Positions 24,901 to 36,900 of a stretch of 64,000 nt of DNA are shown here, piece after piece (positions within the stretch are counted from its first letter, which is position 1; each line of letters starts with the position of its first letter). The position numbers and the translations under genes are program-made. The stretch is from positions 2,229,216-2,293,215 of the forward strand of contig CAJINV010000002.1 in NCBI GenBank assembly GCA_905178155.1, written 5' to 3'. The notes below the pieces were generated by a model. That model did no database searches and was not told the DNA's origin. It worked only from the letters and a program-made list of their open reading frames with translations. The stretch is from Amoebophrya sp. A120 (taxonomy: Eukaryota; Protista; Dinoflagellata).

Positions 24901-26455
24901 CATGTATCCAGTGCAGACGCATCGCTCTCGTACTCACTGCATTATTGCATGACAAATCACTCTCCCAAGTGTCGTGATCAGCATGACAATCTTCATAATT
25001 TCGCTTCAGATAAATAAATTTGTAATGCAAGGCATACTAGTGCGATGCTTTTGCAATGCGTATCATGCAGCACCCGTCAAAGAATAACCGGCCGCCGTCG
25101 CAACCGAGCTGGTTTGCGTACAAGTTATGAAGTGCAAATATGATGCCGGAAACTTGTGATGCTGAGGGGCGTATCAGGAGGAGGGCACAAGTGCTGGCTC
25201 AGCATGACAAGTCTCTGACCTTCTATTCTGCATCACGGACTGCGTTTCTGCATGACAGAACAATGGTATGGGGCTCTTGCGTAACGTACATGACAGATTT
25301 AAGAGTCATGCCAGACAAGCATTACAAACTTGCATTCTTCCAGTCCCAGACATATTTGCAGTTCATACAAGTAGATCCCGCCAGACTTTGCCGTGGCGGA
25401 CTGGATCAAATCCACCCGTTGCTTCATATGAGGTTCTCAAACGTTACATTCTTAACTGTTGCATGAGTTTGTCATGCAAAACTACCACCATCATCCACAC
25501 GATCAAGCTGCTTCGCATGACAAATCTGTGAAGGGCTGAATGGCACCTAGATCTGTGCGGAATTTGTAATGCTATAGGTGCAGCAGCAGCCCCACCCCCT
25601 TTTTACTTTTCTTGCCATTCTTGCATTACAAATTCATGTGACAGTTGAGAGCGTAAGTAACGTTTGAGAACGCCATACTTCAGCTTCCTCAATTGGTGGT
25701 GCGACCCCGACCCGTTCGTGATGATGTGTACTCCGTCCAAACCCATCGTAATATGTGGAGAATCGGGGGTGAAGAGCTCTTCACACGTCTCCGCGCCGAT
25801 CACGCAGTTGTGACACCGGAGGACGAAGATCCCGATCGGGATTTGCTTTACGTGGTCCTTGGGAAGTCTCTTCAGAACGGTGTTGGAGAGATAGTAGGTC
25901 TCAAGCTCCGTGGTATTCTCCGCGTTGTACCATTCAGTAAACCACCTGGTTTCGCGGTAATTCCCATCGTTCGCCAGGTACATCTTGGGACGGATACCTG
26001 GTATAGGAGTGGTTTTTCTTTTTTCGATACTCTGCGCAATCAGCATGACAAAACAACTCGGTCTTGCAGAGCAACAATGACATGTACGAATCAATTGTTT
26101 TTTAAGTCTGAATCTTTGTATCTATACCTAGAATCCTCCTATTCAGCACGTACACTCGGCAGTTGTAAATGACGTCCCGATGCAGCACCGGCATGCCAAT
26201 GTCGCAGAGAATTCCGTCCGTCGTATCATCCTGCAGCAAGTCGCAGAGACAGTCCCAACTGTGCTTGATCGTGTCCAGTTCCAGAAAATGGTCTTCGCAC
26301 CCGTACCCGGGAATTTCCAACTCCGGCCCGAGGCGGAACTTGCAGTTTTGACTTTTCGCTTGGAGAATGGAATCCTTGATCCGCTGCAAATTTCCGTCGA
26401 AATCCAGGGCCCACTGGTTCAAGTTGCACGTGGCGAGTTTCACGAGTTGCGACAT
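21972..26455 (-). CDS. NADSYN1: Glutamine-dependent NAD+ synthetase (nitrilase/glutaminase plus NAD synthase domains), 11 exons
   Basis: [132 protein letters not shown]. Interrupted by 8 introners and 2 GT-AG introns. Confidence 0.96.
22397..22670. mobile_element. Introner family A
   Basis: Family A TIRs; TSD ttcgt. Confidence 0.92.
22864..22978 (-). other. Canonical GT-AG intron (NAD synthetase)
   Basis: aaa|gtatgt … catcag|caac; in frame; contains a tgtcatgc motif. Confidence 0.8.
23124..23292. mobile_element. Degenerate introner family B, no recognisable TSD
   Basis: tatgcattgcaaaac … tacgatacttttaccattcata; interrupts the GS[A/S]NVDE motif. Confidence 0.75.
23869..24077. mobile_element. 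Introner family C
   Basis: TIR tatccaagaaaa / ttttcttggata; TSD attcc; close relative of 9180-9388. Confidence 0.92.
24183..24333. mobile_element. Introner family B
   Basis: Family B TIRs; TSD ccgac/ctgac. Confidence 0.88.
24548..24829. mobile_element. Introner family D (opposite orientation to 14829)
   Basis: Family D TIRs; TSD cccgt. Confidence 0.9.
24905..25062. mobile_element. Introner family B (diverged)
   Basis: tatccagtgcaga … cttttgcaatgcgta; TSD tcatg. Confidence 0.83.
25126..25367. mobile_element. Introner family A (variant, left TIR diverged)
   Basis: tatgaagtgcaaatatg … cccagacatatttgcagttcata; TSD caagt. Confidence 0.87.
25427..25677. mobile_element. Introner family G
   Basis: TIR tatgaggttctcaaacgttac / gtaacgtttgagaacgccata; TSD cttca. 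Confidence 0.9.
25998..26127 (-). other. Canonical GT-AG intron (NAD synthetase)
   Basis: ctag|gtatag … accag|gtatcc; aggtat at both junctions; contains gcatgaca. Confidence 0.85.
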
Positions 26456-26932
26456 GGTTTCGGTTTCTTTTGTAAGATTAATAAAGTGCGTCTGATATAA
26501 ATTCTGATAAGTACTTACATCACTTTGGATCTTCTTCTAGGCGACATTTTTCGTTCTCCCTCAACTCTCAGAAGGAGGTGGGTGTCTGTCTCTCATGTGA
26601 AAAAAGTCCGAAGAGTTCGGGAAGAAAATTTGATCCGTATAGAAAGAAGTGTGGCTGTCCTAGTAGTACCTCGTGACACAACATCACTTGGACAATCAGA
26701 AAAAAACAAACAAAAACTCTTTACTCTACGTGGACTGAAAAGAATCTGAGCAAATGGCAAGGACCCACATCGCAGTAGAATGGAAACACCGTAGCAGCGT
26801 GCAACATCCGGCTTTTCTTCTCAGTATCCTATACCGAATTAGAACTCTGATCATTCGGAAAAACCTCGACGTTCATCAGAACTGATGATGCCAAGAACTG
26901 TAAAGCAAAGTGCTCTGTAGAAGTTCTTTCTC

Positions 26933-27964
26933 CTATGCGAAAAATCGCCCAATTGTCTCTCTGCATTTCTTAACATTGGCGTTGTGATCAATCGGTGGAT
27001 CCGAGTATTTCAGCGTCAACATCGGACAACACCGTCGGATTACCCGTTGTCCCTGGTGTCGGTCCAGGTACTTGATTTTCCGTCTCCGTTTCTTGAAATC
27101 GTGGTCCAAAAACCTTCGTTGTCCGGCGTGAAACGACTCCGCCCGGTACTGCCAGCCCCACCGGGTCAAGCGGAGCCGGTTCAGCATACCGTAGTGCACG
27201 TCGGGACTGGTCCATTTTCGATGCAGGTACTCGGCGCGGGACTTCCGTTCTACCCGCTGGCGGTCGATGCGCTGGCACCGGGAGAAATGGCGGAGTTGGT
27301 GATTATTTTTGAAAAGGGTGTTCTTGCTGCTGTCAGTTGCAGTGCCAGTGTTTGGACGTGGCGGCTTCTGCGGAAGTAGCTGAAGTAGTGCTGATGCTCT
27401 CGGAACGCTTGATGTTCCACGACTTAACAGCACCGACCGGGGCGGAGAAGTCTTCAAAAGTGCCGTTCGTCCGCGTGCCCGTTCTCCGATGGGGGCGTAC
27501 GTCGAACCGCAGGAGCTGGATGCATTTGCATTCACGGAGAACCGAACCATAGTTGCTCGCATCGGTGGACCACGTAATGCTGATACACTACCGCAACCGA
27601 ACTCCTTGTTCCGAGAGCTGCTGTAGCAGAGGCTTGTAAGCACAGGCGCAGCGGTCACTGAGTCGGGCCGCGGTGATGGGAGATGGTGGCCTATCAAGCG
27701 GCGAGACGGTAAACCAGTTTTGCGGCAGCCACTTCGGCTGGGCCCTGGAAGGGCCGCAACGACGACAGTGCGAGGGACGACGCAGATCATGACAAGAACT
27801 CGTGTGTATTGTATTGAGACATTGCTCCGGTTTTGCGTGCAATGAGGAAGAACCGGCGTACGAAACAAGGACTGTTCTAGATAGGCACACAACACGCAAG
27901 GACCTAGCACCCACGCAACCAAATATAAGCATACAGGCGTACGAATACGGAGCCGCCGTGGCAC
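26933..27964 (-). CDS. Basic protein, possibly mitochondrial ribosomal protein bL35m (true start probably near 27562)
   Basis: Intronless ORF. The basic C-terminal segment NRLRLTRWGWQYR…KKRRRKIKYL resembles bL35 in pattern; the N-terminus is transit-peptide-like. Confidence 0.45.
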   Translation of the reverse strand: MPRRLRIRTPVCLYLVAWVLGPCVLCAYLEQSLFRTPVLPHCTQNRSNVSIQYTRVLVMICVVPRTVVVAALPGPSRSGCRKTGLPSRRLIGHHLPSPRPDSVTAAPVLTSLCYSSSRNKEFGCGSVSALRGPPMRATMVRFSVNANASSSCGSTYAPIGERARGRTALLKTSPPRSVLLSRGTSSVPRASALLQLLPQKPPRPNTGTATDSSKNTLFKNNHQLRHFSRCQRIDRQRVERKSRAEYLHRKWTSPDVHYGMLNRLRLTRWGWQYRAESFHAGQRRFLDHDFKKRRRKIKYLDRHQGQRVIRRCCPMLTLKYSDPPIDHNANVKKCRETIGRFFA

Positions 27965-29364
27965 TCACGCTCACCCAAGGAAAGGATAAAGGCCACACCC
28001 GTGAACACTTGGTGGGGCATGCTTACAGGATAGAAACCATCCTCAGGAACGCGAGGTCATAGACAGTTAACTCGCCAGCGGCCGGCCAACACTTCAGAAG
28101 GCGCTGGACAGAGATAGAAAAGCCAAAACACATCAGCCCGCTTAGCGAGCCACAAACCATGCCCACGCACACAGACAAAGGACAGGCCGCCACGTTCGCC
28201 TGCTGAGTAGTGTAGAGAGGCGAATCGAACGCAGCACCACGGAGCGTGCGGGGCGCGAGGAGGCAGCCGCGCAAAAGAGGGCCAGCCGGGGCCGGCACCG
28301 CCCACGTGGCGGGCCTATGCACTGATGACGCCCTCCGACCGGGCGGGGCTCGCTGCGTGCTGTAGCTGGGCGGCGCCGGTGTCTGCGATTCAGGCAGCCG
28401 GCAACACCGACAAAGGGCGCGCCGGGCAGCACAAGGCAGGCAAACAAATTGGCCCGCGGCCGGGGGGGCCCCGGCTGGCTAGGTAGGCGCAAAGACAGCA
28501 GGCGAGCCGGCAAACGCCGGGCCCCCGAAGCAACGCACGCACGGGGCGGGCCACGCGCCAGGGACGGAGCCAAGGCAGCACGGCAGCAAGGGCCGCGCCA
28601 ATGGCAGGAACAAACACACCACAGGACTGGCGCCCGCCGCGGCTAAGCATCTGCCGGACTGCTGCCGCACGGGCGCACCACAAAGCCCGCGGGATCACTC
28701 ACGAGAACACGCATCGCCGTGGATCACGCCGCGGCCGAGCTTTTGCGTGAAGGGCGAGCGCTTTGCGCCTAATATAGGGCAGCCGCACGGCGGTGCCGGC
28801 CGGCCGGCCGCGCTTCCGCGGCGGCCGCAAAGTTACACGCCGGGCGCGGGCCGACCACCGGCGGGGCGCCACTGCCTGCCACTGGCTGGCGCGATTCGGG
28901 CGGCGGGCGCAGCGTGCGGCCGCGGGCGTCGCCCCCGCTGGGGCCTGCCATCATCTGGCCGACGTCCCGCGCCCTCTTTCGCGGCCCTCGTGGGCCAAGC
29001 GATTGCGCGCCCGAGTCGGGAAGCCGGCGCGCGGGGGCGCTTTCGCTCTTCCGTGATCGGGGTTTTCAAACTAAAAAGCATTCAAATAGGTCGTCGAGCC
29101 GAACCCCCAGCCTTTGTTTGGATGAACACCGAAAAACTGAAACATTGCGATTTTCGCCCGCGTGCATTTCCATTTTCTCACGGCGCCGCAGAAAATTTCT
29201 AAGCCGCCAAGTCCTGTAGTTCGAAAAAAAATTCGAGGCTTTATCGCTTCTCGGGCACGCGATTTCTCGTTCAATCTCACCCAAAGTATCATTGCTTCAA
29301 CTCCTCATCTGTATACTGACGTGAGCGTTCTTGTCGTGACTACAACAGCAACTACTTGGTGCAC

Positions 29365-31638
29365 TCACATCTCAAACTTTTCCATAGCGTTCTCCAGCCC
29401 CAACTTCATCCTATCTAAGAACGAGCTGGAACTCCTCCCCTGTTCTTTATTCCCTCCTGTCATCCCCACGGCTGCCTCTTCTCCCCGTTCCTCAGCTGCA
29501 CTGGAAGCTGCTGATGCTGGTGATCCTCTACTAGACGTCTCGTGTCCGTCCACGACAGCATGCTCGTTCTTGATCGTCTCACCAACAGTTCTACTCCTAC
29601 TCCTGGTAATACCAGGACCTGATGTAATCTGCTCATCCCCCTCCACCATCTCGTCCTGTGGAGCATCAACCTCTCGTCTCCTCCCCGACACCACCCCACG
29701 CGATGCCAGCACGACCTCCTCCCCCGGTTTCCAGCCCCAACTGGGGTAGTTCAGTCGACAACGTTGGTTGGGCAAGACGTGCTTTTCGCTCGGGAACCGG
29801 AACTCGTCGGGCTGGAGATTTTCCTCGTCGTCGTTTTCGTAGGAAGAGGAAATGACCTGCTGCACCGCGGAGAGCTCGTCATGCAGCAGCCACTCCGCGA
29901 TGTACTGGTAGCCGAAGGGCGGGACGTACTGAACGTAGCACATCGCGGAGCCCTGGTAGTAGATGTAATTGTCCGGCTTTTTGTCTTCCTTTATGTCGTG
30001 TCCTCCAGGCTGCGCTCCTCCTTTATTTGCTGATGTAGTTGGAGATGCAGTGGCTTTATCACTATAATTTCCGCCGTCTTTTCGTTGACTAGGACCACCA
30101 CGCGTTGGTGGGGGCGGTTTTATCTTTCCAGCTGGCGCTGGCAACGTCCTGTGCAGCTTCTGGTCTTGGTCATCACCGGTACCGGTTCCACCACTATTAT
30201 CCCTCCTGCCAGGAGACGTTTGCTCCTCTGGTGGCCCCTTCACCATCACGGTTCTCGTTCCTGGGAAGTACTGCTGCTCCAGAGGGACGACGCTCATGGT
30301 AGTAGTGGATTCATCCCGGTGAACCTTTGATCCACGACCTCCAGCTGTAGTTCTCCCTCTACCTCCTATCCCCCCGACCACCACATCGGGCATCATGGTT
30401 TTGTATCCGTCAACGTCGTTCCCTGTGCACGCTGCGTCTGAGATGTGGATCTTCATATCGGCGTTGGTAAAACTTCTTTTCGTCATCACCACCAACTTCT
30501 TCAAATTCACCAACCCACTCGTCTATCCTGTGCAAAAGTATCGCACTCGTAGTTGTAATAAATTATCGCAGTCATGCATTACAAATCTCCATCTCAAGGC
30601 AAATCAGCATGACAAATTTCATTTCTAATGCTGGGCTAATTTGTAATGCGATTTACACATACACTAATACGATACTTTTGCAGTGCATATCGTCACCTGC
30701 CCGAACGAGCTGTGCGACGTCCAGTCCACGTAGAAAAATTCCGCCAAGACCGCGTTTAAATCCAACTCCGTTTTCGGGTGCAGTTTCAACGACTTGTCTC
30801 TGTGGGTTAGAAAGTTCAGGGCGCGGGATGTGTGGTTTGGTATAATATCTTCGGATCGTGATGCTTGATTTTGTGGTGAGGAAGTGCCTTTCGTCTTCGT
30901 GGAGGCGGGGTTGCTAGTTTTAGAAGTGTTCATTTCCAACAGCTGCAGCGCCGCTTCCTGCTCTGGCGGAGCAATCGCGGTTGTAGTTGCTGCAGATGCA
31001 CTGACTGTGCGTGTGGTGCTGCTAGTAGGAAATCTTGCTTCATCTGAATTCATGTAGTTGCTGCTATCTTCAGTTTGCTGCTTGATGAACTCAAATTCTG
31101 CTTCACCTTCATCACCTGCTTCATAAATCGAGTAGTCCCTTTCCTTGTTCCACACTAAATCGGTGCTCCGGATCACCCAGGCTGCACACTCGTCTTCAAA
31201 ATTTCTCGTTGCGGTTTTGCGGTGCGGGGGAAGCAGGGGGTGCTTTTCGTTTTCAACCAAACAAGAATTGAAGGTTTCGGTCTTGCTGGTCGGTAACGCT
31301 TCTGCTCGGTAGGAGGTAACTGCGGATGGGGTGGAGGTCGCAGGAAATTTCACACCAGCGTCGTTTTCTGTTGCTGCGGTTGCAGCTGATGTCACAGCTG
31401 TTGCAATTATACTTGTTGCAACCGAGCAAAGGTAGGCTTTTGATGCGCAGTTGCGTCGCACTACTGCACAGGTTTTCCGCGGAATTCCGCATCTTTCCTT
31501 CATCCTTGTTCCAACGGGTCTCATCCTCGCGAGCGGTGGTTCGCGGGCTGCTTCTTCAAAAAATGTCCAGGGCTGGCATCGCGTGAGTTGCGCAGCTGGG
31601 ACACAAGATGAGGCAGATGCTTGCTGTACAGAAAGCAT
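29365..31638 (-). CDS. Hypothetical protein (2 exons)
   Basis: ORFs 30664-31638 and 29365-30513 join in frame (…SFGQVTSGLVNLKK…) after removing 30524-30689 plus one TSD. Confidence 0.75.
30524..30689. mobile_element. Introner family B
   Basis: Family B TIRs; TSD tcgtc. Confidence 0.9.
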
Positions 31639-33923
31639 GTTCTATCTCTGCTAAACGTGTAATAAATTATGTACTCATGTCCTGACAAAGACCCTTACCA
31701 CGGGGCGGTGGCTAATGTGCGTTTATCATGGAGGCGTGGTTTCGATTTCGTAGCGCGAGTGATCGGAAAAATGTAAATTGTGGCTCTTGTAGCGCTCAAA
31801 TAAAGTCGTACTCTGCAGATTCAAACTTCAATCATGATGGTGACAGAAAGACTGAGACTGAGCTTATAGTGCGAACGGCATGCAACACGAGTTACACGCA
31901 AGCGCTGCTGCTGCGTGACTTCAACCCTGACTGACCTTCGTTCTGAAGGCATACGCCGGAGACTCGAAAAGACTCTCTAGGTCTAGGTAACGTAGATCTA
32001 TCACTATCTTCCCGCTTCTTCACATGTAAATCTCAAAATCCATATCCATGATGTGATCTTCAATATAATGGCACTCAAGCTCAAATACGATCGCTACACA
32101 TGAAAGGATGAATTATCATCCAAGTATGATGCTGATGAAGGGCAAAAAATGAACATCAAATACTCAGCAGCCGGCGCTGTTGTTCATATGCAATTGCAAT
32201 ACATGTAGCGCCACGTCGACTCGTTCAGCCGATGCCGCAGCAGTAGCAGGCAACTGCCCTTTGCCAACTACATATAAGGGAGTGGATCAGAATCAGATAG
32301 CCAGAGCCATGCAACCCTTGGGCTCGCTGCGCTTCATTGTCCATCTGTGGGAACGGCATCCGGCCGCCACCTCGTCCGAACACGATGAGCGAGTCGAGCC
32401 CGGGCGGCCGGCCGGCAAGTCAAATAAAACCTGACAAGGAAGCGTGTGAAATGTGAACCAACCGAAATGGCCCGATCGGATCCTTCCAAAAACAAAAGGG
32501 GCCCCCAAACATGACGGGGCGCCCGGCCGGCCCGCCCCCGGACTTGGTTGGCCGGCCGCCCGGCCGGCGGTGCGCGGCTAGGTGGCGCCCTGCCGCGCCA
32601 GACTGCAGAACGCCCGGCCCGATGGGCTGCTGCCCTTCTGCCAAGGCCCGAAAAAGGGGGCGAAGCAAGGGCAAAGCTTGGCGGGCAAGCGTGCCAACAA
32701 GGGGCCCGAGAAGCGCCGCGCGCGCAGGAAGCCGGGCAATTGCGCGACGGCGCGAGCGTGCGCCGCCCGAAGCAAGGCTGCCGGGCTTGGTGCGCGGCGT
32801 AGCGAGGTCGGCCGCCTGCGGTTGGCCCGGGGCGCGCCTCGTCTGTGATGCCGGGCTCGTCGAAGAGCTGTGTAGCTCCGCTTGGTCCCCAGCGCGCCCG
32901 CCGTCTTCTTGCGGTGCGGCGCGGGGCGCTGCGCCCACTCCCCGCGGGCCCCCCAAACGCCGCAGCGCCAGCATTGCGGGCCCTGCTCCGCAGCGCCTGC
33001 AACTGCGGGCGGACCAGCTTGGCCACGACCGCAAGAGCCCCCATCCACAAGGGCGCCCACACGATCCCACGGACCCGCCGCCCGGGGTAAGTCTAAAAGG
33101 AGTCGCCCGCGCGGCGTCCGATTACCAGGATCGGGATCATGCAGACCCGGCCCCGGCGGGTGTCCTGTTGCCAATAGTCGGCCACCCCTCCCCCAAGGAC
33201 AGAGAGAACACAGAGAGCCTGGCCCTGCTGCAAGTAGGTTCTGGATGGCCGCGGGCAGATTTGCGTCCAGGACGAACGCGCAGGCGCGCGGCCGTCCCGC
33301 TTTCCGGCCGGTGGCGCGTTTTCGTTATCAACGGGCCCGACCACCTACAACCACGGCAAGCCTTCCTTCGGCCCGGGTGGCTCACAGAATGGCGGCAGGC
33401 GCTTCCGGCACGGGCCCCAGTTGCGGCGCCGCGCGTTGCCGTTCCTCTGGCCTTGGCAACCTTCGAAACTGCGCCCGGGCACTTCTCCACCGCTCGAACA
33501 AAAGCACGGCAGACACCTGGCCCGCTGGATGCCGTGGCACTGCTGGAGGCTTTTTTTTGATGCTCATTGCGGGATCTGCTGCGCCATCTCGCCACACAGA
33601 TCGCAGCGCATGTAGATGGTGCAATCTTTTTTCTTGTATGACAGACAACAGCGCTTGCGTGCCGCATCGGGTGAACACACTTCCAACATTCGCTGCGGTT
33701 TAATCCAGATCAAACAAGATCATAAATTCTTTATTTGCTAAACCATCTGTAAGATCAGCATCAGATCTGCACCTCGAAAAGAAGACGCCGCTCCTACTAC
33801 TTTCATGTTCTCAACATTGATGTCTTTTCCTACCTCAGTACAAAGAAGTGCATGCCGAAGGGTGACTCAGTCTTCCAACCCGCAAATCACACCTCCTCTC
33901 GCCGGAGGATAAGAAGTAATCCT

Positions 33924-36900
33924 CTAGTTACTAACATTTCCACCACCACCACCTCCCCCGTGCGGTTGTTGCATGTTCCCCGCAGCACCGGCACCCGCAC
34001 CCCCTAATTTCGGCATGACCGGCATGGTCAATTGCGGTTGCACGTTTCGAAACGGGTGCAGCCGGTGCTGTTCCTTCTGCGCCTCCTCCGCAATGAACCC
34101 CTTCAAATCGATGTCGCCCGAAAGCTTAAACCCGGCCAGGGTGCGGTTTCGCTGCGGCAAGAGTGAGCCGGCTGCGGCGGCGGCGGCGGGTGGTGGTTGC
34201 TGTCCGTATATTGCGCCAGAAGGAACAAGAGCCGGCGCATATTGTAAGGAAAAAAAAAAATCCCCCCTCCCCATATCAAAACGAAGCCTCAATGCAGGAT
34301 TTGCGTACACAAATCAGCTCTGTCTTGCTGGAGAGAAATGAATGCCCATACTAAGCCTAAGTAGAGAGGTTTTGGCCTAGGCGTCTAGCATGAGGAACGT
34401 GCGTGCTGTAGGCGCATCAGCATCACAAACCGCCTGCACAATGCTGCGGAGCTTGTGGCGTTGCCTCCTTGCAAGACAGACGCGATTTGTGGTCTCAAAT
34501 CAGCAACGCAAATTTTCGGACACATATCTTTTCGATATGGGGAGGGGGGATTTTTCCTCTCAATAGCGCGGGCGGATTCGGACTTTCCACACCGTAGCGC
34601 TGCTCCATCATAAGTTGCTCTTCGTGAAGTTGCTGTTGTTGCTGCTGGGGATTTGCAAATTGCGCCATCGGCATGCCGAAGTTCCTCTGCAGGTGTTGCT
34701 GTTGTCCGAAAAAACCGCCAGAAAGATGATTCCCACCACTCCCTTATCCAAGAAAAAAACTGCGTAAGTGTAACTTTGTAATGCAGAACATGCAACAGAG
34801 TTACACCTGTCATGCCAGACAGCCATGAAGCCCTCTTTTCGTGTGTATTTTCCCTTACAAGCCACGCATGACAGGTTTTCGCTGTCATGTAGACCAAATT
34901 TGTGATGCTGTCAGCCAAGGAAAGTTACACTAACACAGTTTTTTTCTTGGATATCCCTCTGCCACTGTTCAAAGCCAGGTTCTGTTGCTGTTCGAAGAGG
35001 TTTTGCGATTGTCCTTGCTGCGCAACTCCTGCATTGCTGCTTCCAGCATTGTTCGAGCCTGTGTTTGATGTCACACTGTTCTTCGGTGTCGGCGTCGTTA
35101 GTTCCACGACATTCATCCTAGCCGCGTTGTTCAGCGTCAAGGCGTGACTGGGTGTCTGAGTCAAAAACTGCATCTGCGTCTGCCTCTGGCTTGTTTGGGT
35201 TTGCTGCAACAGATTACTGTTATTGAGTAGAGCGGCATTGGTACTACTACTCCCAGAAGAAGCCGCTCCACCTGCTGCTCCATTCAGATTGTCTGCGAAA
35301 GAAGATGATATTGAAGGCTTCTGCGAGGATGAGGGTGAGTTCGCGTTTGAAGTAGTAGAAGACCCAGCGCTCGTTCTCGGTTGCATTGAAAACGAAAACG
35401 GCTGTGGTCCGGTCGTGGTATTCGGCGTGCGGTAGTTCGGGCGGCCGGAGGTGGAGCTGGGTGTTGCACCACCCGTTGATGTTGCAGAAGATAAGGGTGC
35501 AACAACGCTAGAGGAGGCAGAGCTACCAGCAGCAAGGATTTGGTTCGCGTCAACATTCTGCTGCAACAGACTACCAGCCCCAAACTGCATTCGCCCCATG
35601 GAATTGTTGCTCGTCGGCAAAAACCGTTCTGGGACAGAGATCGCCATCGCCGGTCGTTCTTTTCCGTGCTGAGCAGCCGCTGCTGACGTGAGTGCAGCTG
35701 GTTCTTGTATTTCTGCTGGAGGTTGTTCATCTTGTCCTCTCTCCGCGGAAGCAATACCGGCCGCATCACCAGCTGCTCCAGGGAACACTACCGCCCTGGC
35801 TTGTTCTACCGGCGTGGCCCCTGTGCGACGTCCCAGGACGTCTACTTGTTCGCCTGCGCCGCTGACGTCATCTGTCGGCGTGCTAATCCACAAAGCCCCA
35901 CCACCCTCGGAGGTCTTTCCATTCCCACTACCAACGTGATAAAAGGACCCTGGCGTCGGATTGGACTCTACCGGACTAGGCGCGCTGCTTTTATTTGTCT
36001 TACCCGATTCACCTGAGTAAAACGCAGAGGAATTATTTTTATTACCAGCGCCAGAAGAACCGATATTAACCGAAGACGGATTGTTATCCACGGGAGACGT
36101 CAACGTCACATCGTGCTGCTCCACCCGATTTTTCGTGCTGTGACATCAAAAGGAAAAATCCCCCCTCCCCATATCGAAACGAGGTTTCTGATGCTGGATT
36201 TCCGTACACAAATCAGATTTGTCTTGCAGTAGAGGACTGCAGGCATATGCCAAGCCCCTGTCGAGAGGTTTTGACGTAGGCTCCTAGCATGGCAAACGGG
36301 TATGCTCTAAGCCCAACAGCATCACAAACCGCCTGCAAAACGCGGAGCGCTTTCTGGACTTGCCTTCTTGCAAGACAGACAGGATTTGAGGTCACAAATG
36401 CGCATCACAAATTTTCAGACGGATACGTTTTCGATATGGGGAGGGGGGATTCTTTCCCGGGATATGTGAAACTGCGAAATTTGCGACGGCATGGAGGTCG
36501 AGCTGGACGCCGGCGCGAGAATTGAGCCAGTCAATCGCGGTCGGGAATTCGCTAGGTTACTTCCGATAAAGGGGTTGGGTGTGGTTTGTTGAGGAGTTGT
36601 GCCAGCTTGAGAAGTACGAGCAGTCGTAGCTGTTTTATTGTCAACCCTTGACATAATTTCCGCACTGTTCGCCGCTCCCGCAACGGCACTAACACTGACC
36701 GCGTTCGCGGTGGTGTAGGCGACCGCGCCGAGAGGTATGAATTGCAACTATGTCTGGGTCTGGAAACTTGTGATGCTGGCTTGGGACTGGTGGACGCACT
36801 CCAATACGCAGCCAAGCATGACAAGTTCTTGAGCTGCTAATGTGTTGCAAGTTATGGATGGCAAACTGCGCTTCTGCATGAGAAGCAAGAGACTCTCATC

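Noticed and set aside
21972-26455. NAD synthetase (and the other fragmented genes) as pseudogenes
   Set aside because: Exon pieces have no stops or frameshifts once the element plus one TSD is removed; the damage is confined to the elements.
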